This document shows, one piece after another, positions 12,200 through 25,700 of a DNA stretch of 64,000 nt. Origin of the DNA: Amoebophrya sp. A120. Lineage: Eukaryota; Protista; Dinoflagellata. Below the pieces are notes generated by a model. That model had not been told where the DNA came from, ran no database searches, and was given only the letters and a program-made list of their open reading frames with translations. The stretch is taken from NCBI GenBank assembly GCA_905178155.1, contig CAJINV010000001.1, positions 9,945,359 to 10,009,358 of the forward strand. The letters are read 5' to 3'. The position numbers and the translations under genes were made by a program. Position 1 is the first letter of the stretch. Every line of letters begins with the position of its first letter.

Positions 12200-13718
12200 C
12201 GGCCGGCTCCTCCTCCGCCGCGATCCTTGCAGGCGCCGCGAGTAGTACCGACGACGCTGCAACAGCGGCGCCGGGCCTTGCCGCGCCCGACGGACATGAC
12301 GTGGTGCGGGAACAACAAGAGGACTTCCTGCCGTTGATTGACCTTAGCGCCGTGCTCGCGACTGCGGCGCAGAAGGAAGACGCGACCGACGACGCCCTCG
12401 CCAAGCACAACGAGGCCGTGCGGCAGATGAAGCGCGCGATGGAGACGGTCGGCTTTTGCCGCGTTACCGGCTACCAGTACACCCCCGCCCTCTGGGACCG
12501 CATGTGGGCCTTGGGCAAGCAGATGTTCCGATGGGAAGACAAAAACGAGTTCCTGACGGCGAAGGATTCTAACGCGGGCTTCCCCTACGGACTCGGGACG
12601 ATGAAAAAGGACGAATCGAACCAGACCTTTGACTACTTCTCGGACGGGCAGATCGACAAACCGCGTTTGCTCCCGACGGGACAGGATTTAAACGTCGACG
12701 AGGGAGAGAGTCGGCGGATGTGGAAGGACGCCAAGGAAACGGATTTCCCCCACCGACACGTGGACGGGGAAAGATACGACGCGAAGCGGTCGGGGCGAGC
12801 GCTGTTGAGCTGCTGCGGGAGGCGGAAGACGCGAGAAAGCGTAGATCGTTGTGGCAGTCTTGTAGGAATTCAATTTTTCGATTACGTTGCGCTCGCAGGC
12901 CTTGTTTGGCTGCGCATAGAAGTTCGTTGGCCGTGCAGCAATGTTCTCGTCTCTCATTTCCACAAGCCACAAAACCACATCAACAGGCCGGCGCAGACGA
13001 GGACGACCATAGCTTGTACAAGACTGTCGACCTGAACCAGTACTACAACGAGTTTGCGAAGATCGCTTTCACCGTCGTCGCGCTGCTCCGGGACAGCCTA
13101 GAGGTCCCGTCCGAGTTAGACTTGGAAGAAATGGAAAGGACCCACTGGTCCGTGATGCGGTTTCTCGACTACCCCTCGCTGCCCGTGGAAAAACTGCCGA
13201 CCAGCCCGGAGCTGGACCACAAACTGCGGCCGCGGATTCCGCCGCACGAAGACTTCGGGCTGATCACCATCCTACGGCAGGACGAGAACGGTGGCCTGCA
13301 AGTTTTGAACAAGGACGAGACCGTGAAAAAGAACCTCCCGGAGAAGGACTGGAAACGACACGGCGTGTACGAAACGATCGCCGGGAAGGCGAAGGCAAAA
13401 TTGCCGGACCGCAGTGGAACAGCAGGTGCGAGCAATGTACAAGGTGCTACGGCTGAAGAGCCCCTGCAGGAGCCGTTGATTGTGAACATCGGCCGCGTCT
13501 GGGATTCCTACACCAACGACAAAGTGCGAGCGACTACGCACAAAGTCGAGCCGGTGATTGTGGACGGGCGGACGACGGCACGCAATTCGCACGCGTTCTT
13601 TTTGAACCCGAACTGGGTCTCGTGCTTCTTCGGGCCTTTGCCGCAGTACGGAGGAGACAAGAAAGATTGGATCAATTTCGGCATGCACATAAACAACTGC
13701 ATCAAGCCTCGGTATTAA
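12200..13718 (+). pseudogene. Second copy of the 2OG-Fe(II) oxygenase, lacking its start codon and N-terminal leader
   Basis: Matches 8156-9674; the first 58 coding nt (MKILLATALAHFTYEVTGK) lie outside the duplicated unit. Confidence 0.75.
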
Positions 13719-14379
13719 AGAGGGAGATAGAAAGATGATAGAAAATAGAAAAGTAGAAAGGATCGCGCCGCCTTTTGTCGTTTTGGAAATTTAGTACCTG
13801 CTCAGTTATACCAAAGTAATTTGTCGCCTTTCTTTATACAGCACTTTGACGCTTATTTTTCCGACAAATTCAAGCGCGCAGGGGCGTTACGTTTTACCAC
13901 GAATATAAAGAATCCTGTTGATTTGACACCTAACGAAATAGAGTTGGAACCTAACGAAGAGAGATGAAACCTAACGAACAGTAGAGATGGAACCAAACCT
14001 TCCTAACCAACTCCGCGCTAGAACCGAATCTTGAGTTTGTGGTGCAAGAGCGCTGACACTGAAGGGAGATCTTCTATTGCAAGACTCTATCGCAAACGAT
14101 AACGATTCTTGAGAAATAACAACCATGGGAAAAGTTTTTTCGCGCTTGTTGTAGCCCCTTTTACTGCCGACTCACATCGCGATCCTCGCCGTCAGCCAGT
14201 TGAAAACGATCATCGCTAAAAGGCAACCCAGTTCAGAGGATCACGAGCTCCCTCGGTCTTCATCCGCTGGGCATTGCATTTTTTTGACGGCAAGATTAAT
14301 CGCAGGGCGTGTTACAGCATCTGGGTACGCTAGGATCATTTTGACATTTGCTAGATCGATTCACACCGTTCCTCGGAAA

Positions 14380-15276
14380 ATGCCCTCCACAAGTCTGCTC
14401 CTCCTCAGCGCAGCTGCACTACTGCACAGGGCAGCAGCAATAAGAGTTCGTGCGCCCTCGGGAATAGCCGTGCCTGCAAGCGGCACTTGCGCCAATACAT
14501 TCGGTCCGATCTCTGTTGCGGAAGAAGACATTGACTACCCCTACTACAAAGAGAGCACCACCTACACCTGGAGCGCTTTACCTCCGCCTGACGCAATACA
14601 GCTGGATGGAAATGGCAACCCGCTGCCGGTCAAGCTGCACCTTTTCACACAGTTCGAAAACACGAGGCGACTGTGGCCTGATCTCTACTTCACGCCCGCC
14701 GGTACGGAGTCGCCGGTAGCCACGGTTCCGGCACGGTTGAGCATCGGTTCCGCGGAGCTCCTCGAAGCTGACAGCTCGACTGGCACGAGCGGGATTTTCG
14801 GTGACACGGACCACGCCGATTCCGAATGGGCCGAGCAAGGATGGCAACAAAGAGAAACGTGGCCGAAGGAAAAAGTAGACTTCAAGCTCCAGTACAAACC
14901 GCGGAAGTCGCTAAGTTTCGTACCGAAATCGGCGATAATAGAGGGTAGGCTCGAAACGGAGAACCTGAAACCTACCTTCACCTTTGAATTCGTCGAGCGA
15001 GAGTCGTCGCCCGTAACTGGCGATGGGTGGCTCGTCTACAAGCAAGTGATTCGCTATTTTAGGAGTCGCTTTTTGTTTCAACACGACCAGAACTACCCAA
15101 TGTGGTTAGTGTCTGCCAAGCCGAACTATCTGGGCGAGTTGACCTTTGTGTACGTCGAGAAACCTCCAAAATGCAGCGTCACACACATGATCAAGATGAC
15201 CCTGGGCAAAGCAGAGATGGAACCGACACCGCTCCCGGCCCTGCTTTTATCCGCGCGGAATAGGAGCGCGATTTGA
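14380..15276 (+). CDS. Hypothetical secreted protein, duplicate of 10336-11232
   Basis: Identical translation at +4044. Confidence 0.7.
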   Translation: MPSTSLLLLSAAALLHRAAAIRVRAPSGIAVPASGTCANTFGPISVAEEDIDYPYYKESTTYTWSALPPPDAIQLDGNGNPLPVKLHLFTQFENTRRLWPDLYFTPAGTESPVATVPARLSIGSAELLEADSSTGTSGIFGDTDHADSEWAEQGWQQRETWPKEKVDFKLQYKPRKSLSFVPKSAIIEGRLETENLKPTFTFEFVERESSPVTGDGWLVYKQVIRYFRSRFLFQHDQNYPMWLVSAKPNYLGELTFVYVEKPPKCSVTHMIKMTLGKAEMEPTPLPALLLSARNRSAI

Positions 15277-16075
15277 TTACGTTGCCTCATCACGTGTTGT
15301 TTTCACGCCGGAGCAGGACCGAAAAGTTTCATTTTATTCGAATGAATCAATATTTTTCATCCGCAACTTCGGTTGTATGATAATGCACAGTCACCGATGG
15401 ATTTTTCGGTGCATCTGGTTTTAATATTACCTCTGCGAAAGTGAAACCCCAGATCTGCTTCGGGCAGATGTCTGCCAAGCAAAAAGTGTTTTACATAGGT
15501 ATGAGATTGTGTGATAGTACACTTGTCAGGAACTCTAGAGGCGCTTCCAAAAAATTTCCGTAGCGGTCTCAGCAGGGTTTTGCGATTTAATACGAAGACG
15601 GAAATTATCCATGAGTACGACTACTATAACGGCATGAGGCCATGCGCGGCTCTTACGCAAGATATACGTTGTTCGGTCGATCGCACTTGTTGAAGCTCGT
15701 ATCGCTCGTTCGAAGTTCTCGCTTTCGAACCGACATAAAAATGCGTTGAAACGAACACGACGAATCGGAGAGAAAATATCAAAAGTTTGCTTTGCTTCGT
15801 CGTGGACACGAGCGGTTTACTGTCGGTTGTTGTATGTAGTTGCACGATAGTACCGCTCTCCGATCTACTTCTCTTCACTGTTTCCTGCTGGATCCAAGAA
15901 GATTCATCTCGACGTGAGCAGGTTTTTGTTCACAGCATTGATTTTTTTGGGATCCTTGATGTCATCTCTTAGCAAGTCGATAGAACAAGGTGGTACTCGG
16001 GTTTGATGCAAAAATGATACCAGCAGAAGTGCCTTCCCGCAACACACGACGACTAATCCTCGAGCGCTGCTAACC

Positions 16076-19000
16076 ATGCCCGTAGGCCTCGGGAACGGTC
16101 CGCCGCATCGGTTGATTCTGGCCACCGCGAATGGCCGGGCGGAGGACCAGAATTACGGAAGACGGAACTCAGGACCGACTACCACATCGGCGCAAAGCAA
16201 CAACTACGTACCCGCGTGTGGAACTTCGACGATGGGCGGATCCTCCAGTAGCACCGCCTTCGCCCCACCGGAGCGTGCGGTTGGCGCCGCCGCAGCTCAG
16301 GATCGGCCGTACAACAACCAACATGCGCGTAACGTTCCGAGTCCGATGGAGGGCGCGCTATTTTCCAAAATCAATTCCTCGTCCCGGGTTCAGTTGCAGA
16401 AAACGGCTTCAACATCAGGCTACGTGAAGCAGGCTGCACACAAACTTCAGGGAGCCCGACCACCCGAACCGCAATTGCAGCATCTTGTGCACCAGCGCGG
16501 CAGCCCCACGGGAGGAGAACAGCAGAACAATTGGAGCACGAGCGCGCGCGCGTTCGTCGGCTTGCGGTCACCGATAGGGAGTCCCTTGAGTGACAACGGG
16601 GCAGCAGCAGGCGGACCCTCTTTACAGGAGCTCGATGTGACGCAACTTCATGTGGGGGACTACAACGGCGGGCCAGTAGTAGACACCACCGGACCACCAA
16701 TGCGCGCCGGCAACTTCGCGGCGCCGGCAAGAAGAAATCGACAGGACGAGGTTCACAAACAGCACGAACCTGCGCCCCAACCCAGCCCGCGCACGGAGCT
16801 GCGCATGCTGCACGTCAGCGAGCCGAAGAGGGAAGTAGAGCAGCAAAATTTTTATGAAATCGCGAAGACGCCGGAGATGACCTCCCAGGCTACATCGGCG
16901 AAGATCCACGAGCAAACCCGAGTGCAGGTGTCCCCCACGTCGGGCGGCTCGCTGTTCGAGCTGCGCGGATCGGCGCCCGAGGTCCCTCCGCGATCGTATC
17001 GACACCGAAGTTCGCTGCAGGCGCTGGCCGAGGGAAAGTTGGTGTCGCAGTCGAAGAGCCGTTGGGCGACGCGGGCGACGACGCCGCGGCAGACCTCCAC
17101 CGTTGCGAGCTCGACCGAGTTTGACGAGCAGGAGCCGATCGTGCCAACGGCGGAGGACCCAATAGTGTCCGGCGGTACTCCGGCCGCCCACGGCCGCGGG
17201 GAGGACCGAATCCGGGCGGGGAAAAAGGGCACAGCTAGTTCATCTTCGTCAACCACCTTCAGGCGCCTACCGGTAGACCACGGCGCTCCAGCCTCGCAGC
17301 TGCGAGCGGAGAAGAATGTTGCTGAAAGGGGCGAGCAGGTTAAACCGGTGCGGCGCCGCGGAGACGACGCGCGGGAGCGCGAAAGTAGTACCCGGGCTGC
17401 TAGAGGTGATCTCTTTCCACCGCGCGCGGAGTTTGGCAGCGCTCAACATGTTTCTCGCCGCGCAGAGCACGACGGAGGGAGTTGCGGTTCCGGGAAGAAG
17501 GACCATCATCAAAGCCGCATGGCATCACGTGAAGCTAGCGCGTCATCGAGGCCCGTGTCGAAGCAAAGCGCCCCCTCTCGCGCAGTGCAGCAGGAGACTG
17601 AGAGTCACAAACTCAAGCAGGCGCAACTGGAGCGGCGTTCGCGAAACTTATCGACGAAAAACTTACTCAACAATCACCGTGAGGACAGTCGAAGCAAATT
17701 CGATGGAGCACACCGCACCGCGGTGGAAATAGGACCTACGGCGAGTGGCAAGTATCAGGCACAGCAGCAGGCCACGCCGTTGACGCCGGGGCCTGCTAGT
17801 CGCGATGTGAACGCTTCTGGACTGAAGGATCCCCACAGCAGTCGGAAAAAGCTGGATCCGGAGTCGGTGCGGAAACTCCTTCTGCGCGGTGAGGATACAT
17901 GGCGGGGCAAGCCACCCAGCGGGGGAAAACTGCCACTAGCAGCAGACCAGATGAATACTTCGACGGGCGGCAAAATGAACAGGAGCGCAAGAGACATTAC
18001 ACCGGCGCGGATTGTACACCAGACTCCATTGTCCTCCTCGCGCTTTCTCGACCATCACAAGCTTAAATTCGACCACGCCACGCCCGTAGTGACTGCGCGG
18101 GCAGTAGAAGCAGTTGCGCACAACACGGATAAAAATTGTGCAAAAGTAGACCACAATTCAACATCTTCCCGTTCGCGTGCGCAGACTGAAGCCAGCAGTG
18201 TGCGCCTGCACCAAAGCCGCGTTTCCCTAGAGAAAGAGTCCGGGCCAGCGTCGCAGAGCATCTCCCGGAAAAACGCGTTGGCAGCGGAGGAGAGGCGCAA
18301 AGAGCGGCGCAAGCCAAACTGGTGGCTCAACCGCCGACACCAATCTTCTTCTTCGCCGGAAAAAAAAGAAGGCGGGGGGCGTGCGGCGAAAAAATCCAAT
18401 CTGCAAGATTCTCCACCGTTGCTTACTGACAAAGAGAAGGAAAAGCTAAAACGGCTCGCGGTAGCGCCGCCGAGCAAAAGCGAAATGCCGCCGAAGTCGC
18501 ATAATTCTGCAGAAGCAACTCTAAATGTGGCGGGGCGCGACGTTACGACAAGAGCAGATCGTGGCGCTGGAAGTAGTTGTAGCAGGCAGCACTACAACTC
18601 GAGCAAAGTAGAGCCTCCTGGTCGGGGTCAGCCTCAGCCCGACCCGAGCGCGACGCGAAGTACGAAACATCCACCCCCTGCTCGCGCTCCTGAGGAAAAG
18701 AAGTCAGCTTCAGCTACTGTGCATCACGACCATGCGACGTCGAGCACAGACACTGTGTCTCGCAAACCCACCGGACTAACAGGACATCAGCGAAAATTTT
18801 CCTCGCCACACGGAACCAAACGCGAAGGATCAGCCACACGCCCAGCGAGTTCGATTCAGCATCAATCCACCGCATCTTCGACCGCGTCTGCTACGACCAA
18901 CGCTGTACCGCGCACGTCGCCCGGGCCAAGCACGGCCGTCATGCAACAAAAATCCAGCAAATTTGCCGTGGACTCGAAGAAGCGGCGGTCAATGCGGCGC

Positions 19001-21942
19001 AGTATGGCGGTGATGGAGCGGTCTCAGAAGGTTGCGAGCTTGTTGGAGGATTTCACGGCAGAAATGGATGTGGCGACCCTGCTCCGACTCTACGCGAAGA
19101 TGCAGGCCGAGGCGCTTGATGCGATCGGCACGGAAGAGAAGCAGATGGAACTAATGCGCGCAGTCACTTCTTCCAGTACAACGACGTCCACTCGTGGTGC
19201 GGGCAGCACCGCGACGGGGAGAAAGTCCTTGGTGCCAGGTATGAAGAATCCGCAAAACAAGTTGAACTTCCCCTACCACATCATTCGACGGGCCATGAAG
19301 GGCAACGTGAACTGGAAGGTGAAAAGCATCTACGAGAATCTGGACAAGCTGCCACGTAGGAGGGTCGACGAACGCAAAAGAGTCGTGATCGTTGGCGCGG
19401 GACCCTGCGGGCTGCGGCTGGCGATTGAATTAGTGTTGGGCGGACATCAAGTCGTTGTTTTGGAAAAACGCAGCCTGTGTGACAGCCGGATTAACAGGTA
19501 TGTACTTATGAAGCTACCTTGAGTTCATGTGCTTGCAGAATCATGTTGTCTTCATGATTTTCCAACGTATCGGAAAAGCATTTTCTTTCGCATTTTAAGG
19601 TTATCCTGATCAACTTTCTTTCACAGGTTACATCTGTGGAATTGGGTGCGCGCCGAAGTGGAAAAATTTTCGGGCCGCGTGTTTCTTCCGACTGCAGTGC
19701 GCCAGGCGGTATTCGCGGACGCCGACTTTTGTCACTTAGGTATCGATGAGCTGCAGGCCCTGCTGGTGAAAAACGCTTTGCTGCTGGGCGTGGAAATCCG
19801 CATCGGTGTAGCGTACGAAGGCGCGGACCCGGTGCCGAGAATACAAGCACGCCCATCAGTCACAGAGCACAATGAAACCTCCGCGAGAACGGACAGTGGC
19901 CTGCTCCGCCTCGGCGCGAAGTCGAATAATGTAGCGAAGAAGGCGGCCCTGTTTCTACGGCCCCCGACCAATCCAGAGCCGCGTCCGCCGCCTTTGCCAA
20001 GAGGGGGAGTTTGCGCGGAAAAGTCGAGCGACTCGACGCAAAACGAGTTTTGGACGACCCGAGCTGCGTACGGGTTCGGGCGAACGAAGAAGGGCAAGAC
20101 GACGTGGCACATTCGAGTGCAGTGCCCAGCGGGGCCGGAGAAGGAGGAGAAAACGAATTCGAAAATCTCCACTGCGTCCTCGGAGCAAGCAGAACCCAGT
20201 AGTGTGCAGGTCTTGACCCGGGACGCGGTGAAGGGGCAGGTGACCAGGAAGAAGCAAGAGAACAGTCCTTCCGACCAGGACACCCTCCACTTCACGCTGG
20301 AGGCGGACGTCTTAGTCGGTGCGGATGGCCCGCGAAGCATCGTTGCCACGAGCCAGTCCGACCGAATCGGGCCGCGCATCGTGTCAGACTTTTCGGAAGC
20401 AATCGGCGTGGTTTGCAATCTACGACGGCAGAAAGTCGGCGAATCCGGCCGCAGTTCGGCGCCGGTTGTGCCGGTTACCTCCATTGCTACGATGAACCCA
20501 CGAGAATCCGTCGGGCCGGCTAGTAGTGCCAGTGCGAGCTTAACCCTCCCGGAAGGTTGTAGCTCGTTACTAGCAGCAAACACCACGCGCACAAGCTGCC
20601 CGAGTCAGATGCTGCTCCCGGCGAGAATCTCGACACCAAGAGAACTGATCGGACACAATTTGAACAACCGCTTTTTGTCCACGGCTCCGACCCGAAACAC
20701 GCCGGACAGTAACGAGAAGCAGCGCAGCAGCACCGGGAGCTTTGTAACGGCACTAAGCTCCTGTAATCGGGACAGTACAAAAACTTTCCTTCCGTCATCT
20801 CGGACCACCGCGACATCGTCTCTGAAGATCGAGCGCCCCTTTCTGAAAAGCGCTACGTTCGACGAAACGTTTGGTCGCTCGTCTGATTCAGTGATCGCGA
20901 CCGTCGGAAGTAATGGAGCGGGAGGATCTTCGAGCACCTCTTCGCGGTGGAAGCGGGCAGACACGGCGCCGATCCAGGTGGACTCAAATACTCCGACAAC
21001 AACTACAAATGCGACCTCTAGTAGTTCTTCCTTTCCCCACCGCCCGCTCTCCCCCGCACGGAATCGGAACCTCGGCAACGAAGAGAAGCGGCAATTTTCT
21101 TGGGCGCGGCAGTTCAATGCCGGATTCTTCCAGGATGTCGAGAAAATTTGCAAGCTCGCGCTCGAAAATCTGGTGTACTACCGGGGGCCAGACTCCCATT
21201 ACATCATCATGACGCCGACAAGAGCATCGCTGCTAAGTTGCAAGGTATATTAAAAAAGTTCGGTGGTACTTGCGTCCGCGCTCGCGATCTTTGTGGCAAT
21301 ATTTTTGGGGCCGTTTATTTCTTCTTTTTGCTTGATTGAACGCCAGAAGCATCTCCACATCTAAAATCTCAGGTCGACCTGACCAACAACGTTTCCATCT
21401 GGAAACCGGTACTTCGGCAACAGCTCCGCCTCTTGCTCAATTGGCTGGGGATATTCGGCGAGTTTGTTCCGGATCCCAACGACGTAATGGCGTTCGATTT
21501 TAGCAGCACTTTTCGTGCCAGCCACCCATTCGCAGTCAAGAATCAGCAGCAGCCTATCAGCCCCAGCGCTACTAGTTCAGGAATAAACACTTTTGGTTCT
21601 TCATCAGCCGCTACAACTGGCGAAACAATCGACTGTCATCCCCCGGTAGCCCTCGCCGGTGATGCGCTGCTGGAACCCTTCTGGCCCGAGGGTTTGGGGA
21701 TCATCCGTGGGTTCCTGGGCGCGCTGGACTGCTGTTGGGCTGTGGATTTCGCTTATTCGATGCCGGACAAAGACTTGCTCGACTACAGCAATCAGGCGTT
21801 CACAAAATTAAAATCGGTACACTCCCACTCTCGAACCAAGTACTTGATCAAGGATGAATCGCGGTGGGATGTCAATCCGAACACTCGGTACACCGAGATC
21901 GGCGTACTACCCGCACCGTCCCCGACCGGTTTTTTGTATTAA
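16076..21942 (+). CDS. MICAL-like FAD-dependent monooxygenase with a ~1000-aa low-complexity N-terminus; exons 16076-19497, 19627-21244, 21373-21942
   Basis: VVIVGAGPCGLRLAIEL (GxGxxG), SRINR|LHLW, HLGIDELQALLVKNALLLGV, DVLVGADG, LENLVYYRG..HYIIMT, AFDFS and GDALLEPFWPEGLGIIRGFLGALD all match the MICAL monooxygenase domain. Both introns are GT-AG and phase-consistent. Confidence 0.88.
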
Positions 21943-22798
21943 GGTATATGTTGAAGTATTGTCATTATGCTAAATTCAGGCGCGAGCAAAACAAAATGGA
22001 AGCAAGTGTTTGCTAGCGTCAGGTTGGTTGTCCCTTGCGAAATTAAATATGAAGAACAGAAAACACCTTAAACTTGTTTATTGCAGAATTCTTGAACCCT
22101 AATCCGTCGAAAAAAAGTAAACTCGAATTATACATACTTATGCAACGCGCATTGGCGCCTGCTCAGATCATGAGCCTTTGCCTTATGATTTTCTAGACGT
22201 GTCAAGTGAAATAAGTTCGCGACCGGGAGCTTCTTCGGCGTCAGCATTGAGTTTGGAATCGGATAACAGAAAACGGCTGTGATTAGCATGGTGGCGGTAT
22301 TGCACAATTATAATTTTTTGTACAGATGAAAGTTACAACAAAGAAGGCACGGAGTGCTGTTATCGCTTGGTGCGGGGATGCTTCACCCTGGAGGTTTGAG
22401 CAATTGCGCAGTTGGCAAGACTGCTATCTTTGTTGGGTTGATTTGGGTGTCGTTGCTGCAACGAATTGATTCACTGTGCAAATTTCTGCTTTCTTTTTGA
22501 GATCTCAAAGTGCATTTGCTCGTTGCTGCTGACTGTATGGAGCGATTTTCGATGATGGCGAAATCTTGCTGAGGAAAAAGTTTCTGCAAACGTGCCGAGA
22601 AAAAAGTTTTATTTTCTTCGAATTGTGAACCTCAGTTTTTTGAAGTTTTGGCACAAAGAAGAAAAAGCGCAAGTTAGCAAGTAGGTGCGGTTTTATGCTT
22701 AGAGCTAGATCAAGAAATGTACCGAAGCCGATTGCTGTTTTTTATCGTAATAAGAAATCAGCCACATTCAGATTTACTCCACCTGTTGCGATATCAAA

Positions 22799-25700
22799 AT
22801 GAATCATTTTCTGAATCACAACCCTAACGGGGGGAATGCCCCATTCACGGCGCAACGGGACTCCAACTCGCTAAACGTCACGACCAACAGTACGTCCTCC
22901 TCCTCATCATTCTTCAATCCGCATCAGGGAGCGCATCTGCAGCAGTCGCCGAACGGCAGCGCTTTTCAGCCTCTTGGAATGAACCCGGGCAGCAACATCA
23001 TGATGAACAACATGCAAGCGAATTTCCCCCCGTCATCTTCGCACATGCAAATGCAGAGCAATCAGCAGATGCAACAGCAGGTCCAGTATCAGCAGCATGA
23101 CGGACAGCAGTACAAGATTACTCCCTTGCCGCAGTACGTCTCCCCACCGCAGCAGCAACAGGGCTATGGCAACCCGGGGGCTCAAGCTCCACAGCAGCAA
23201 GTGCCACTTATCAGTCCGCCGAACGCTCCCTGTTTTCCGCCGCAGCAGCAAAACGGACTTTTTCACCCAAATCTGGGACAGCAGCAGCAAGTCGTCCCAA
23301 GCGCCGTCGCACCCGGCGGCGGGGGTTGTGGGCCACCGCGGGCGAATCACGTTGGGAGCAATTTTCATGAGATGATAACGATTGCGCAAATGAACAATTC
23401 GCTGCCCCCGCGAAACCCACATTTGCCCAACGTCCACATACCCGGCCCGCCGCAGTTTAAGCCGTTGACAAGAATCTCGTCCGGTCAGCAGCAAGGCGGC
23501 GGCAGCCGGCCCTCGAATGACAAGCGGACACTAAACGACTCGGGTATGTTGAACAACAGCACTTCTGCGATGAACGACACAAGTCTCAACTCTTCCGGAA
23601 TCGCTCTGCAAGCTTCGCAAGACAGGCCGGTGCTGACGAGTCGCCCGGCAATTGTACCCGGTTCGCAGAAGCCGCGCGCTACGGCGGAATTGTTGCGCGA
23701 AGAGCGGGCAAACGGCTCGGACGGCGAGGATTGTGAAGATCTTGCGCCCAATTCGCAAGGAAATAACGCCAACAACGCGACCGGCCAGGAGCTGCGGCAG
23801 CAGATTGCGATGACGCAGGCCTTCGCTTACACCGGGGTAGCGGCCGCGTCGCAGCTGGACATCGGTGCACGGTTTGAGGACGAACAGCAACTCGCGGGTC
23901 ACATCCACGAAGTGTTGACCGAAATGAAGCAGCAGGGCAAGCCCGTGCTAGAGCGCTTAATTGCGGTTTTCGGAGAATTGAACGTCAACGACGCGGAGAA
24001 GCGGGCGGACCAGCGCGAGGAGCGCGGGCTGCCCCCCGTAGACCGATCTGCGCCACTGAAACCCGGTCCACTGGAGGAGAAAATTAGCGAAAACGACCCC
24101 GAATCCATGCCGAGCGTGATGGACGATAGCCAGCAGGGGAACAAGATGTTGTCCGAGAAGAAAAAGCCTCCTGAACTACAACCGCCGGCCGTGTCGCACG
24201 ATCCGTTGAAGATCACAAACCCGAGCGGGACCGTGGTGGAAGCGAAAGTTACCTGGCTGGCGCACGAGCCGCACGAAGTGGACCAGACGCTGAATAAGCT
24301 GAGCCGGCCCTGGCCGTACGAGGGCTTGCAGATCCACTTTTCCTACGACGCGATTCTGCAGCCCCAGAAACTTGTCATGGCAGCAGTGGCGAAAGCAATC
24401 AAGTACGGACGGCACGCGGTTCTCGAGTCGCCAACGGGGACGGGCAAGACCGCCGCCCTACTGTGTGCCGCGCTCGCCGCGCAGCGCTTCCTGTCGACGA
24501 AGTACGGCGCGCACCCGCAGATCATTTACGGAACAAGGACGCAGGGACAGGTGAAACAGGTGGTGAAAGAACTGAAGAAATCCCCCTACCGGCCCGCCGT
24601 CACCTGCCTGGGCTCGCGCGAAAAGATCTGCTCCAATCTGCAAGTGAAGCAAGCGCCCGGCGACATGCGCTCCAAGTGCGCGAAGGCGCGGAAGGTGGCG
24701 GACCGGCCCGTGAACGCGCGGCGCGCCGGGGAGATCAGTTGCAGCAAGTTTAAGAACATGGGCGACGACCCCGAGAAGTTCGCGTACGACGTGCACGCAA
24801 ACACCCGGCCCGCGATCGGCGATCCGAAGCGCAGCAACTTGCCCGACATCGAGGACTTAGTCAAATTGTCGGAGGAGCACGAGATCTGCCCCTACTTCCT
24901 TGCGCAAACTTTGTCTGTCGACGCCGACATCGTGGTCTGTCCCTACAACTACATTCTCGACCCGAGAGTTCGGGAAAACAGCAAAGTGTCCATCAAGGAC
25001 CGCGTGATCATCCTCGACGAGGCGCACAACATCGAATCCGTGTGCAAAGACGCGGGTAGCAAGGAGATCCCGGAGCGCAGCATCAACGGCGAACTGCCCG
25101 AGCCGGGCAACCGGAACGAGCCGGCGCTGACCGTGTTCGAGGACAAGGTCACGATCAACATCCCCGTGCACATGAAGTTCCCGAAAGGTTCGCGCATCCC
25201 CGAGCAGGAGCAGGCCGGCCCCGGGGCGGAGATTCTCTCGCGGTTCGGCTGCAACCACGTCTCTCGGTTCTTCCGCAGTGTAGCGAACTGGATGGAGCAG
25301 AGGAAAAACCAATTTCTGGCCGCCGGGAACAAGAGAGCGCAGCTGTTGCAGGAGAAGCAAAGGTTTAACCTGCAGTCGAACCACAAGTGGGAGGCGATGT
25401 CGTTCGCGCCGTATAAGGGCATCCGGGTCGGCACGCTCTTGGATGAGCTGAAGATGGGGATCGGCATCGACAGTCGGACGGGGGCGCCCTTCGACAACGA
25501 CCCGGTTTGTGTTTACAAGACGCTGCAGAAAATCCAGCAAGCCATTGCGAAGATCAAGCACGATGACACTGCGCAGCAGCAGAGCGCGCTCGACGAACTG
25601 GACGCCTATTTGAGTGCGCTCGTGCGGCTGTGCGAAAATCCGGAAAGCTACGCTGCGTCATTAATGGTCCAGCTGTATGAGCCGCGGCGGGGGCCCTCCG

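Larger units (their letters stand above)
8156..16243. repeat. Tandem segmental duplication of a 4044-bp unit (8156-12199 = 12200-16243)
   Basis: ORFs recur at +4044 with identical translations (8676/12720, 10156/14200, 11467/15511). The junction ggcggatcc|cggccggctcc lies at 12199/12200. Confidence 0.95.
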
